Origin: Rhynchopus sp. YZ270_cl-10 | Taxonomy: Eukaryota | DNA length: 64,000 nucleotides | Direction of reading: 5' to 3' | Assembly (NCBI GenBank): GCA_964035575.1 | Contig: OZ037843.1 | Location: forward strand, 1,116,001-1,180,000 | In this document: positions 49,261 to 61,152 of the stretch, in pieces | Layout of the letters: the number at the start of each line of letters is the position of its first letter | Numbering within the stretch: the first letter of the stretch is position 1 | Position numbers and translations under genes: made by a program | Notes under the pieces: model-generated | Databases searched by the model: none | The model's input: only the letters and a program-made list of their open reading frames with translations | What the model was told of the DNA's origin: nothing

Positions 49261-50750
49261 AGGCACCCAGAGAAAGCACCTTAAAAGCAGCGAAGGCGCA
49301 GGTTACGGGGAAGACAAGGTATGTAATTATGTTTAACTTTCAGTTACTAGTGAAGATTGAACAAAAAAATGCCGCATATTTCAACTTGTTCGTGTTTTCA
49401 ACTCGAAATAAACGCGTAATGTTCACACTATTAAATAGCTATTTTTTTACGCACCAATCATTTTGTGTCACCTCATGACATGAAGGAGGAAATAGAAACA
49501 AAGCATTTTGAACACACTTGCGGTTCTGGGGACGAACCGCGCTGCAGAGCCACTCCTCAGGTCGAGGTGTGTGCGTTTCACCACAACCTCTCCCATGGGT
49601 TTTATCGTGTGATGAGTGTTACGTTTCTATTTGGTTCCACAGGCGCTCGTTACCTGCTTCACATAATTCACCTCGCTTCACTCGAACCATTTGTGCAGCA
49701 GGTCACTCTCTCGACCTGTAGCGTGGAAAAAATCTATCTTATTTCACGGCAATAAATAGCCTTTTTTATTAACCTCACCTTTCCCGACTACTACGTTTGT
49801 ATACCATAACTTAATCACACCCCACATTTACACTTATCACAGGATCGTGAAGTCTGAACTGCACCCGCGATTGCGATGAGAAGCTTCACCGCGGTCCGAC
49901 ATTCAACAACTCAAAATCTACCCGCATCAATCTATTCTCGAAGATCTGGGTGGAGGGGGGTGGGTACACTTAGTCAGTCACTGCTATAGCCATTAACCAA
50001 GGGAGCATAGCTAGTGCAAGAAATTCGACTTTGGAAACCTTCCGGAAAGTCTGTCCTCTGCTTCCGGAGGACTAGACACAAGAAAATATTGCGTTCCCCC
50101 AGAAAACCAGTGCACAATTCACACTCCTTGTGGGTGGTCTTGTTGCCTTTTTGGTCAACAGTAATTTTGGCCCAGGCATGCTCTTGAAGCATGACAATTT
50201 AGTGTGTATGGGGCAGGGTGTTGTTTTGTTCTGAATTCTCTTTGTTATAACATCTAAGTCAATCGCGGGTGGTGGTTTGTGTAGCGTGAGGCACTCTTTT
50301 TAACAAACTTCCTGCGGCTGCTAAAGTGTTATTTCTTCGGATTTAACAACGTACAGCGTAACATAGTGGATTAGCCTGGTCGACACAACCTTTGATAGCT
50401 ATGGGATAACCAACCCCCTTCGACCCCTTGTGGGTTCACTGAACAAGCCCTAGTGGTAGTTAAACGCGATTGACATTTACATTCCTAAAGATGAAAGAAC
50501 AAGACAACACTTCTGTACCCGCGCATCAAAATTGTGGAAAACTTTGCACCCCAAACACCCTCAACAACGCCCGCCAAAAGGCGCCCCTTGTTGCTGGGAC
50601 TTGGTTCTCATTGATACACTGCACAGCAGGCATTCCTCTGAGTCCAACGCAGTTTGGCCTGTCTGCAGCGTTGCACCGAAGGTGCACGAAGACAGGGTCT
50701 GGTGGTAAATTTTGCGTCTCGCATTCCCTCAGGGAAGTTTAAAAACTCTT

Positions 50751-51077
50751 GAGCTCGGTTTGTTGTCAAAGAAATATTCAACCATGTATTGAGGAGGGTA
50801 AGACAGTGTTCGCAGTTTGTACTTGATAGCATTACAACATTTAACTTCTCCACGGGGGTCTTGGGCCGTTCATTCGGTTATACCTTGACTACCGGAAGAT
50901 ATTCTTGAGGCCTTTTTGGTCTCTAGAATATCCGGTATTCCCGAACGGAGGCACACTTTGTGTGTTACTACGACCTGGCAATTTCCAGCAGTAGGTTAAG
51001 TAATCTTTCTTGTAAATTGTTGGATCATTATCTCCTCAGTGCATGGTGGAAGACGTCTTTGACAACTAACCGAGCTC
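50751..51077. mobile_element. ~330-bp TIR repeat; second copy at ~48135-48419
   Basis: GAGCTCGGTTTGTTGTCAAAGA..CATGTATTGAGGAG / CTCCTCAGTGCATG..TCTTTGACAACTAACCGAGCTC. Body near-identical to 48158-48419. Confidence 0.75.
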
Positions 51078-51742
51078 ACGACTTTTTTCGGTATGTAACT
51101 TGGGATAGGCCCACATGATCATGGTCTATCATGTGGTACCTGTGTACCACTCGGTTTGCTCCCAGGGCTTTTCGACCAGCAGTCACACATCCAAACAGTG
51201 ATTTCCCACCTTAGACCACGTAATTACGTACCCTAGGGCAGTGCTTTTAGGAAACGTGGGGAAACGCACGTTTCCCAAAAAACTGGGAAACGGAAACGTT
51301 GGGAAACGGGAAACGTTGGCGTTTCTTTGTTGGAAACGTTACGAAACGTGGTTTTGGGAAACGTGAAGGGAAACGGGGAAAACAAAAAAAAACCCCCCGC
51401 GACGATGTCTTTATCACCACAGCGTCACAACAGGAACAACATCACAAAAAATTGTACATGAGTGGTGACAATACTCAGTTGGGACATCATAAAAGATGTC
51501 GGGATGGCTTCCAAACTGATCTGAGGACAGATACTGCACTCCGCCCAAGCTGAGATTGTTACAACCCCACCCAAGAAAAAACAAGTCGCTGAGATTTTTT
51601 TTTGAGGTCAACCTACCTGGGGTTCTTTATTGGATACCAACAAAGACAAAAAAGTAGGTGTTGAAAATGCGCAGTTTCAACAGGAAAAAAACACAATGAA
51701 AACAAAGAACGTAAAAAAAAACAAAAAAAAACAAAAAAAAAA

Positions 51743-53684
51743 TCATCCTTCGATTCCATCCACACTGTCGTCTCCTAGCACCACCTCGTCAAGCTCCCAG
51801 TAACCGGCCACGACGTGGGTGGTGGACGTGTTCCTCTTGTTGTACAGAATGCGTGTAAGTTTGTCAGCCGTGCTGGCTGACAACCCATTGCGCTTCCTGG
51901 TTTTTACGTCGCCGTAGCAGCTCCAACCTCTCTCAGCCGCACCAACAGATGAAGTTTGAGCGAGCATGATTGTTGCCAGCTCTTTGAGCAGAGGCCATTC
52001 TGCTCCGAACATGGACCACCACTTGTGTCCACCCCACTTCGACGCGATCGCCTTTTCTTCTAGTACACCGAAATTTTGCGTGCTCCAGTTTTCGTACTCT
52101 TCCAAAGCTTGCAGTGCTTTCTCTTCATCATAATACCGCAGCAGCGCCTCCTGTAGTAAAGCAGATTATGCGAAGGTCACCTGCCATACATACCTTCAGC
52201 CCTGCTTTAGACTCATCGTCATCCCTCGCTGTCAGGCGGAATGTTGGTGACAGTGCATGTGCCGCGTTGTGGATGGGGGCTGCAACGTATTTCCATCTGG
52301 TGTTCACCCTGTCTGCAATTTTTTGCTTACGTGCTGCCGTGAGGAATTGAGTTATGGGTAGCGCTTCGATGTTCTTCTTCAGCTCGGCGAAACCCTCCTT
52401 CACGTACTCCACGGAAGCGCTGTTCCCCGACGCGTCGTCGTTGTCGTAACGCTTCAACACGGTGAAGATCACATCTCCAATGTGCCACGCCCCCTCCAGC
52501 TTCTTCCAGAAGGCGTCCTGGAGCACAACCGACGCCCATTCGGTAGCTGTGGCCTTCGCATCCGCACTCCTTAGCTGAACCTTCCACTCGCCAAAGCCTT
52601 CACCAGCAAACATCTCACGCAGCGGCCCTTTCAAGTCCAGCAACCGTTGCATCATGATAAAAAAGCTTCCAAAGCGAGTGTCCACAGGTAGCAGCAGCCT
52701 CTTGTCGGACCTCTCCTCAAGAAGTGTGACCAAGCGCTGGCGTGTCTTCACCCACTTCGCCAACGCCGTAGCTTTGTGCACGACTTCATTGAAGAATTTG
52801 AATTCTTCCTTTGTGCTCGCTTTGGAGGAGTCACCTAGATCTTCTAAAAGAAGATCATAGGTGTGGAGAACACAAACAGACGTTAACACCTTCTCAACCC
52901 GGGCTCGAATTAAGGGGAGGGCCTCCTTGCATGCCCCATCAACACAAATGTGTATCAGCTTCGACCTTACCTCCTCGGGGATAAGCACAGGAAGGGAGCA
53001 GATATAGTCTGCGATCGCGGCCATAGTTTTTCTCTTGCTCGTCTTGTTATCTACATAGTACGTCGATGTGGACGTACTCACGATCCCGTTAAAGATGGAC
53101 CTGTCGTTGCAATCAGTCCAGCCGTCCGACAATAACGACAGCCCGAACTTTGCTTCGGCAAGCATGCCCTTTTCGCAGAGTTTGTCCATCTCTGCGACGT
53201 ACTCCTGCAGTAGTTCGCCTGCAAGGTCGTCGGGGGATGGCGGCTTGAACTCGGATGCCTCAGATTGAGACATCCGCGACAACATCATGACTAACGTCAT
53301 GAATGAGCGGCTCTTTGCTTTCCGGAAGGGAATGCACTCTTCGTAGAAGAAGTCCCTAATACTCTGCATGGCTTCGATCTTGGTGGTTACGCGTGTGAGA
53401 AAGGGGTCTAGCGACGTTTGTTTGTTGTCCTTCTGCTGCGTTACCTTCGCCTCTGTGTTCTGCAACTTCGCTTTTGCTATTTCAAACTCATCCTTCTTGT
53501 CGTCTTTTGGGGAGCACGCAGTCACTGACGACCCCTTCCCAAGGAGGTGTTCTTTGATCCTCCCCGCAGACGACACTGAGAATTTCTTATCACAAAAGGT
53601 GCACTCCACCTTCCGGAGCTTTGTCCCTGCACCTTCCACAACCTTCACGTAGTCCCACGCGTCATCCGCCTTCCTTTTGGGCAT
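51743..53684 (-). CDS. hAT transposase (BED finger, DDE, dimerisation domain); 2 exons 53684-52194 and 52150-51743, 632 aa
   Basis: AW..CTFC..H BED finger, SDGWT, CVLH, DTRF, WW...AAERGWS...RN. The two ORFs join in frame (KAGLK|EALLRYY) after removing a GT-AG intron. Confidence 0.92.
52151..52193 (-). other. 43-nt spliceosomal intron in the hAT transposase
   Basis: GTATGT...TTTACTACAG on the minus strand; removal restores the frame. Confidence 0.85.
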
Positions 53685-56600
53685 TATGCAAATCTACGGT
53701 ATAAATGTGTTTGTCTGAAGTGCAGAAAGCGTCGGAGAACGGGGGAGAAAAGAGAGAGGAGAAAACAAGCGGGGAGGGGATACACAGACGTGCGACTTTT
53801 CGCGAGGGTCTTGAGCGTTTTGTCAAATACTATGTGTTAACTAAAGAAAACCCCTTGCAACGTTTCTTTAGCGTTTCCTCAACGTTTCCCAAGAATCTGG
53901 GAAACGTCAACGTTTCCTTTTGGGAAACGTTGACCGTTTCCTAGGCGCACTGCCCTAGGGTCCGTAATTACGGACCCTAGGGTACGTAATTACGGACCCT
54001 AGGGTCCGTAATTACGGACCCGGGTCCGCACTTGAGGGTCCGTAAAGAGGGTCCGTAAAATTTACGGACCCTCGGGTGTGTGGACCCCGCCGTGCAGCCA
54101 TTTTGGCTGGGACCAAACGCACGGAAAATTCATTTGGCATTATCTGGCCATCTCCAAGGCAACTGCGGGTGAAAAACACCCTCAGAGTGGGTCACAGGGG
54201 GCCTGTGGGTCGAAAAACGACCCAGAAGCCACCCCAGAATACAAAAAAATGGAAAAAATAGTGAAAAAACGGCTTTTTTCACGTTTTGGCCATTTTGGGC
54301 AAAATAGCGATTTTTCGAGAAAAAAATCAAAAACCGGGATATTTTTTGACATCACAAAGCCTCCTTTGGCACAAATATACCCCAAAAGTGGCCTGTGAGT
54401 CCATTCCAACCTGTTTTGGACATATTTGACACTTTTGGAAGTGTTTTTTTGGTGTTTTTAGGTCAAAAAAATGCCCAAGACGTCCCCAAGACATCCCCAA
54501 GACACTTTGCACACCCCCTGTTACGGTCATATTTTTTTCGTTTTTTTGCCTGAAACCCCCAAAATACCCCTCCCGGACCCCACATAGTCCCGAATATCCA
54601 TCACACACCCACTCAGAGTGAGTAGAAGCACCCCAAAAAAAATATTTTTTAAAGCCCTTCAACTTCAACATGGATGCTGCCGAAACTGAAGCACAATTTT
54701 AGGGCTTTAAAAAATATTTTTTTTGGGGTGCTTCTACTCACTCTGAGTGGGTGTGTGATGGATATTCGGGACTATGTGGGGTCCGGGAGGGGTATTTTGG
54801 GGGTTTCAGGCAAAAAAACGAAAAAAATATGACCGTAACAGGGGGTGTGCAAAGTGTCTTGGGGATGTCTTGGGGACGTCTTGGGCATTTTTTTGACCTA
54901 AAAACACCAAAAAAACACTTCCAAAAGTGTCAAATATGTCCAAAACAGGTTGGAATGGACTCACAGGCCACTTTTGGGGTATATTTGTGCCAAAGGAGGC
55001 TTTGTGATGTCAAAAAATATCCCGGTTTTTGATTTTTTTCTCGAAAAATCGCTATTTTGCCCAAAGTGGCCAAAACGTGAAAAAAGCCGTTTTTTCACTA
55101 TTTTTTCCATTTTTTTGTATTCTGGGGTGGCTTCTGGGTCGTTTTTCGACCCACAGGCCCCCTGTGACCCACTCTGAGGGTGTTTTTCACCCGCAGTTGC
55201 CTTGGAGATGGCCAGATAATGCCAAATGAATTTTCCGTGCGTTTGGTCCCAGCCAAAATGGCTGGAGTCGTATCCCCTACCCCCCCCCCCCCCCCCCCCC
55301 AACGAGCAAAAAAATTTTTGGGAATCACGGTTTCCCCCCTAAGTTACAGGGGGGCCCTGTACAAAACCTAAGGGGGGGTCCGAAAAAATTTTCCCACCCA
55401 CAAAAAATCAAAAAAAAAAAATTTTTTTTTCCGATTCTCGGGAGACTGTGCGTGCCGTGATGGGGTCATTTTGCGCTGAGAAATGAGTTTTTTTGGCCTA
55501 AAATGCATGTGTCAGTTTTTAGGTGAAAATACACCCAAAACTGACACATGCATTTTAGGCCAAAAAAACTCATTTCTCAGCGCAAAATGACCCCATCACA
55601 GCACGCACAGTCTCCCGAGAATCGGAAAAAAAATTTTTTTTTTTCGATTTTTTGTGGGCAAAAATTGGTCAAAAAAATTTTCCGACCCCAATTTGTACCG
55701 TTGAAAAAAAAAATATTCCATCCTAAGTAACAAAATTCCCGCCCCCAGACCCCCCCCCCCCTAGGGGGGGTCACATCCCATGTTAAAAGTGAGGACACCG
55801 ACCAAAAAAATTTTTTTTTGAGAAAAAAATAGACATCACCCTGAAAAACCAGAAAATATGGTCCCCAGGTGACCTACAATTCAATTCCGCCTGGTTTTGG
55901 ACACTTCTGAGCACTTGTGGGGGTCTAATTCGAATTTTTCAAAAAAAAAAAAAACGGCCTGGGACAGGGTTTGTACTTTGGCACCTTTCAAATCGGGGTG
56001 CAATCAAAACCCATTAAAAACACCGTTGGGACGCATTGAGAGGGCGGGAAAAGTGCCGGGGGCACTGGATTGGCAGTTCTACGCCAAGTCCGCTCTAAAA
56101 CCCTTGTGTAGACGCAGTGGAATGGCAGTAAAGGCAAAGCGCCGTATCCACTGTGGAGTGGGCCTGCTGAAGGTGTCCTCAGAGGCGATTCTGCAAGCCC
56201 TGGGGAGATTGGGTATAAGAAAACACGCGAAAAGGGGAGGAAAGTGACGTGTGTGGCATTGGGCCTCCCACGCGTCCTCCTCGCGGGTCATTGCGTATTG
56301 CTTGTCGTCAAGCAGTCTGGCCTTGCCACATTGGAGCAGTGTGCCTAAGTTCCCAATACGGCGTTCCTTGCCCTTGTGAGCTTTGAGGACGCCCCGCTCT
56401 TGCCGCTATATTTTGTGGCGTGCCTGTCTGTCTTCACAAGGGATGTCTCTTTCCTCCCACAATAATCTGAGTGTGGGGTCTGAAGAAGATAAAGAAGACG
56501 AGACAGATGCGGGTCGGTGCTTTAGTCGAGTCTATGACTGGATATCCATTTACGTGTCTAGTACAGGGCTATTGCAGACTGAACTGCAAAACCAAGGGGA

Positions 56601-57276
56601 GGAATTGGGCATTGCAATATCTGGAAAGTCATGCGAGGTGTTTTTTTTTCAAGGGAAGGTACCCTGAGGGACCGGGTGAGGCAGTGACGGCAGATCTGCT
56701 CGATAATTTACACCTGACTAATTTTCCTCCCTAAATCGATCACTCCCTGGCCTATTAATGGTGTGGGTACCTAAGCACGTGTATACATTGGTCACTACGA
56801 CCCACAAAATACAGATGCCAGGTGACCGTCTTGTCTTGTTTTGACTGTATTCAAACGCAATTAAATGATATTAGTCAAGATGTATCCTTTACTTCCTAAA
56901 ATATGAGTCATGTACTGTTGCCATGGCCATATCTCGTTTATGTGCTAAAAAATAGGAATAAGCAAGGTACAGACCCTGTCCCACGACCCCTTTTTTTTTC
57001 GGAATTTTGATTTTCTGGTCACTTCTGGTCACTATTTTTGGTATTTTTGGGCCTCCAGGACGTTTTCTGGGGGGTCTTGGGTAGTGACTTGTGGGGTCGG
57101 ACACTGCGCTGCGCGTAGAATTCAAAAATCCTGAAAAAGTGCATTGTCCTCCCCTTGTGACCCCCCCTAACCCCCCCCCCCCATTGTTACATTGTAACAT
57201 GGATTGGAATAATGGGCCTTCCCTTTACTGGTTTTCTTCCTTGCTTTCGTATTTTTTTTTTTTTTTTTTTTTTTTT

Positions 57277-59549
57277 CAGTATGTTTTTCACTTTTCTATT
57301 TTTTACTTTTATTTTATTTCTCTTTCTTGTGTGTTTGCTGAGGTTTTCTATCTGATACACAGACAGGATGTGTTGGTATTTGTTTGGATTGGTAGCAATT
57401 ATTGCACGGAATACTTTACGTATACACGGCAGCCATCAAGACCAAGACTCTTTAGGTTACTCTTCCTCCTGGTGATCAGACATTACATCCAGTAAGGACA
57501 GAGAAAGGAATAAGAAAAAAGAAAAAAAAAACTTTTGTATTTTGTGTATTCCCGAAACAAAAAACTGAAGTAGAAGGTACCAAATGTTCACACGAACATC
57601 GGTTTCACGATATTCACCCACCATTTAAAGGGAAATCACTGAAGATGTCCACCCTTTTGAATACAACTGTATGATTCTTAGGACTGAAACAGGGTTAATA
57701 TCAGAAACCAATCTACTGAAGTTTCAACTTGTGCACGAAGCATTTTACTTTTCTTTTCTACGTTTTGCAAAACACACAACATAAAAAGAAAGATGGGACC
57801 ATTTTTGTTGATCCCTCACCATATACTATCAATTTATTGATTGCATATGATGAAAATACTTTTTATTTACAAGTGCCTCCAGACATGCTGTGAAAAACTG
57901 AGCCTCGCTTAGAGTATGTTGCGGAATGGTCTCTAGTACATTAGCCCTAAAAAGCTAAACACATAGTGCAAACTAGTTTATATTTATAGATATATTCTAC
58001 TGCTGCACTATGCTTTGTTTACTCATAATTACAAAGGAGTTAACAGAAAGTCGAAGCACACAATACAGCTGTCCTGTGAACTTCGCACTACACCCCACCC
58101 CCTCCCTACCTCTTTGAAACAGTCAAAAAAGAAATCAAAATTAAAAAAAAAAAAAAAAAAACAGCAGAAAAAGAGACCAAAAAAAAAATGATATAATAAC
58201 AAGGGAGAGCAAGTAGGTTATTTAAAGTAGGTTGACGACACCGAAACCCCAATAAAAAAAATGTGTCCGTTTATGGTGTCAACGTTAAAGACTACCAGAA
58301 GCAGCTCAGTGCATTCTGAAAAAAATAAGCGAGCGATTCTAGGCTATATATGTTCATGAAGCCAATGAATCTAGATAAAGGTCCTATTTCAAAGAATTCC
58401 CACAAACAAACACCACTTTTATTTTTACTTTTTTTCAACAAACCAAATAAAAAGAAAAAAAAACTCTTTTTCACCACTGGAAGGGACTAGACCTCGTACT
58501 TGACCCTTTCAGTGAGACGTCAGACCAATGTATTACATTGCCACACCCTGGGTAAGCTGTGCAGTCTGTAGGCCTACTACAAAAACCGCAAAACTTTGGA
58601 AAAAAAAAAGAACGAAGATAATAGGTATATCGCAGTAGTAATTTGGTCGTGGTTTACCAATGGTAATGTCCACGACGCAGTTTATATGGTTGTACTCAAC
58701 GCGTACTATGTCACTAGTGATGAGTATTTTTCTCGCAGGAGCGATTTGGTCTTGGTGGGCATCTTAGCTTTCCCATTTTTAAAGGGACAATAGCCTTGAG
58801 ACTAAGACTCCAGGACACATATTAAATTGTTTGCAATGCACGTTTTGCTATCTCTTTGTACTACTCTAGTCTTTGTGTAGGTGTTTCAATACAATGGACA
58901 ATGGATGATTAAACTGGTTTTAATCATTGCTTGGACGGCGAACTACTAAGTCCAGAAAATTCAGTATGTTTTTCACTTTTCTATTTTTTACTTTTATTTT
59001 ATTTCTCTTTCTTGTGTGTTTGCTGAGGTTTTCTATCTGATACACAGACAGGATGTGTTGGTATTTGTTTGGATTGGTAGCAATTATTGCACGGAATACT
59101 TTACGTATACACGGCAGCCATCAAGACCAAGACTCTTTAGGTTACTCTTCCTCCTGGTGATCAGACATTACATCCAGTAAGGACAGAGAAAGGAATAAGA
59201 AAAAAGAAAAAAAAAACTTTTGTATTTTGTGTATTCCCGAAACAAAAAACTGAAGTAGAAGGTACCAAATGTTCACACGAACATCGGTTTCACGATATTC
59301 ACCCACCATTTAAAGGGAAATCACTGAAGATGTCCACCCTTTTGAATACAACTGTATGATTCTTAGGACTGAAACAGGGTTAATATCAGAAACCAATCTA
59401 CTGAAGTTTCAACTTGTGCACGAAGCATTTTACTTTTCTTTTCTACGTTTTGCAAAACACACAACATAAAAAGAAAGATGGGACCATTTTTGTTGATCCC
59501 TCACCATATACTATCAATTTATTGATTGCATATGATGAAAATACTTTTT
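57277..59549. repeat. Two direct ~590-bp copies (57277-57864 and 58962-59549) of a dispersed repeat also seen at ~10290-11140
   Basis: Same sequence at offset 1,685. Confidence 0.9.
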
Positions 59550-60412
59550 TTGTACTCAGGTAGCTACGTAGCCTTCAGGGAGGCAATCGTGTGCTTATAC
59601 AGAAAGTATCAGTCAAGGCTGTCCTTACAGACGCATGCCAAAGCGGCCGCCACATGGGTGTGGACTTTAGATTGAAGTTTCATCATTGTACTAGCCCAGG
59701 GAGGGTTCCCGGCTACCGGCGAGGTCTCTTCCAATCCGTTCCCTAGTTTCCTAGGGGGGCCTCCTTGGCTTCACTGGCTAGGGCTCTGCAGGTCCCTCCA
59801 CACATGTTGTGTGCCTGCCTTCAGCACCCAGGGTAGCATACCCAGCACCTTTTACCCTCAGGTCAGACCTTCATAGAGTTTCAGGAGGAGTGCCACAAAA
59901 GGGCCCCCGGATGCAATTTAACGTCCAGCCCAGGACGACTATTTTTTGTTTTCTTTATCTATGTGGATCCCCCCCAGTGAACCGTTTGGGACCCCGCTCT
60001 GCCGTGGCAGTCGTGGTTAGCGTTGTCATGTTTGTCTGTAGCACACAAGTAAGAAGAGAGACTCTAGGTCTCATTGGCGTCTGTTTCTCAAAAGTTTGGT
60101 TGTTGTTCTACTCTTGTGGGTTGCCGTTAAACGGAAGCGCCTCCCCATTTACCACGAAAATCGGGGGGAACATACAGGCTGCACAGATCTCCCCCCACTA
60201 TGTGGCAGTCGAGCCTTGTTACGTGGCTCCCTGGCCTGACTGCGAACTCCGCGCAACCTCACACGAGGTTAACCACGGAGTCAAAAGGAAAAAAAAAATA
60301 TGTTAAAAAAAAAAAAAAAATTTATAAAGTGCACCCAAGCCCCGGGGCCTGGGCACTTTATAAATTAAAAGGAAAATCAATGATTTGTTTTTTTTTTGTT
60401 TTTTATTCCCCT

Positions 60413-60739
60413 GGGAAATAAAGTATACGAAGGATTTGGCACTTTTAGCGGGATTTTATTTAATGATAATTTCACGCTAAATTTTGGTACATGTAGGTAG
60501 TAGGGCTGGAGGGACCGTCCAGCCTTTTTTAGCCTCCCTCCAGCCTCCTCAATCCCGCCAGCCCCTCAGCGGGCCTATCTAGGGGTCCGCGGGACCCGGT
60601 ATCGCTGGCGGGAGGGTAATGAGAGCTTTTTTTTTTTTTTTTCCCTGAGAGCTTCCTGTGAGGACACATACTCGTTAGTTATTGCACAATAAATAAGTCA
60701 CGCTAAAAGTGCCAAATCCTTTCGTATACTTTATTTCCC
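60413..60739. mobile_element. MITE-like inverted repeat (~38-bp TIR)
   Basis: GGGAAATAAAGTATACGAAGGATTTGGCACTTTTAGCG and its near-perfect reverse complement. Confidence 0.7.
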
Positions 60740-60756
60740 GTGAAATAAAATTACGT

Positions 60757-60921
60757 ATTCACCTCCTTTTAGCGGATTATTTTGCGATACTTCACTTATT
60801 TTTTTCCCAGGCTCGTGCACTCAATTTGCCTCGCTTCGCTCGGCAAATTAAGTAGCCCTCGCCTGGGAAAAAAATGCGTGAAGTTATCGCAAAATAAAAC
60901 CCCGCTAAAAGGAGGTGAATA
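60757..60921. mobile_element. MITE-like hairpin element
   Basis: TATTCACCTCCTTTTAGCGG..TTTTGCGATA / TATCGCAAAA..CCGCTAAAAGGAGGTGAATA. Confidence 0.7.
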
Positions 60922-61152
60922 AATAGTTATTTTTTTTTTGTTTTTTTTGTTTTTTTTTTTGTTTTTTTGTTGTTTTTTTTTTGAAAAGTAAAAAGTATGT
61001 TTGAAAGTGTAACACACGTCTTCGTAGAAGACGGCGTTCCGCACATGTATTGTCTTCGCAACCGTCAGTTGCGCTGGTCGTGGTGCCGCAGGTACATCCT
61101 GGGCTTGCTTTTTGTTCGTGGTTTTTTTTTTTTTTTCTTTTCTTTATTGTTT

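Larger units (their letters stand above)
51239..53952 (-). mobile_element. Autonomous hAT DNA transposon (2,714 bp)
   Basis: TIR CAGTGC(TTT/GCC)TAGGAAACG; perfect 8-bp TSD CCCTAGGG; clustered GGAAACG subterminal motifs; transposase inside. Confidence 0.95.
47676..54094. mobile_element. Non-autonomous CACGG-ended element (CMC/EnSpm-like) with 2-bp TSD
   Basis: TIR CACGGCGGGGTCC..GAGGGTCCGTAAA. TSD CA confirmed by the empty site at ~55252-55273. ~22-bp GTAATTACGKACCCTAGGGTMC subterminal repeats at both ends. Confidence 0.82.
46145..55862. mobile_element. Foldback/long inverted repeat (~1,160-bp arms, 42-nt loop at 54659-54700); left arm interrupted by two insertions
   Basis: 54701..55862 is the reverse complement of 46145-46247 + 47181-47675 + 54097-54658. 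No TSD found. Confidence 0.85.

Noticed and set aside
49974..50192. AWAKI...ECELC, a possible BED-finger remnant on the minus strand
   Set aside because: Too short and lacks the His ligands and downstream domains; cannot be supported without an HMM search.
48135..51044. Two direct ~280-bp repeats as LTRs
   Set aside because: Each has its own inverted ends; no PBS, PPT, gag/pol or TSD seen.
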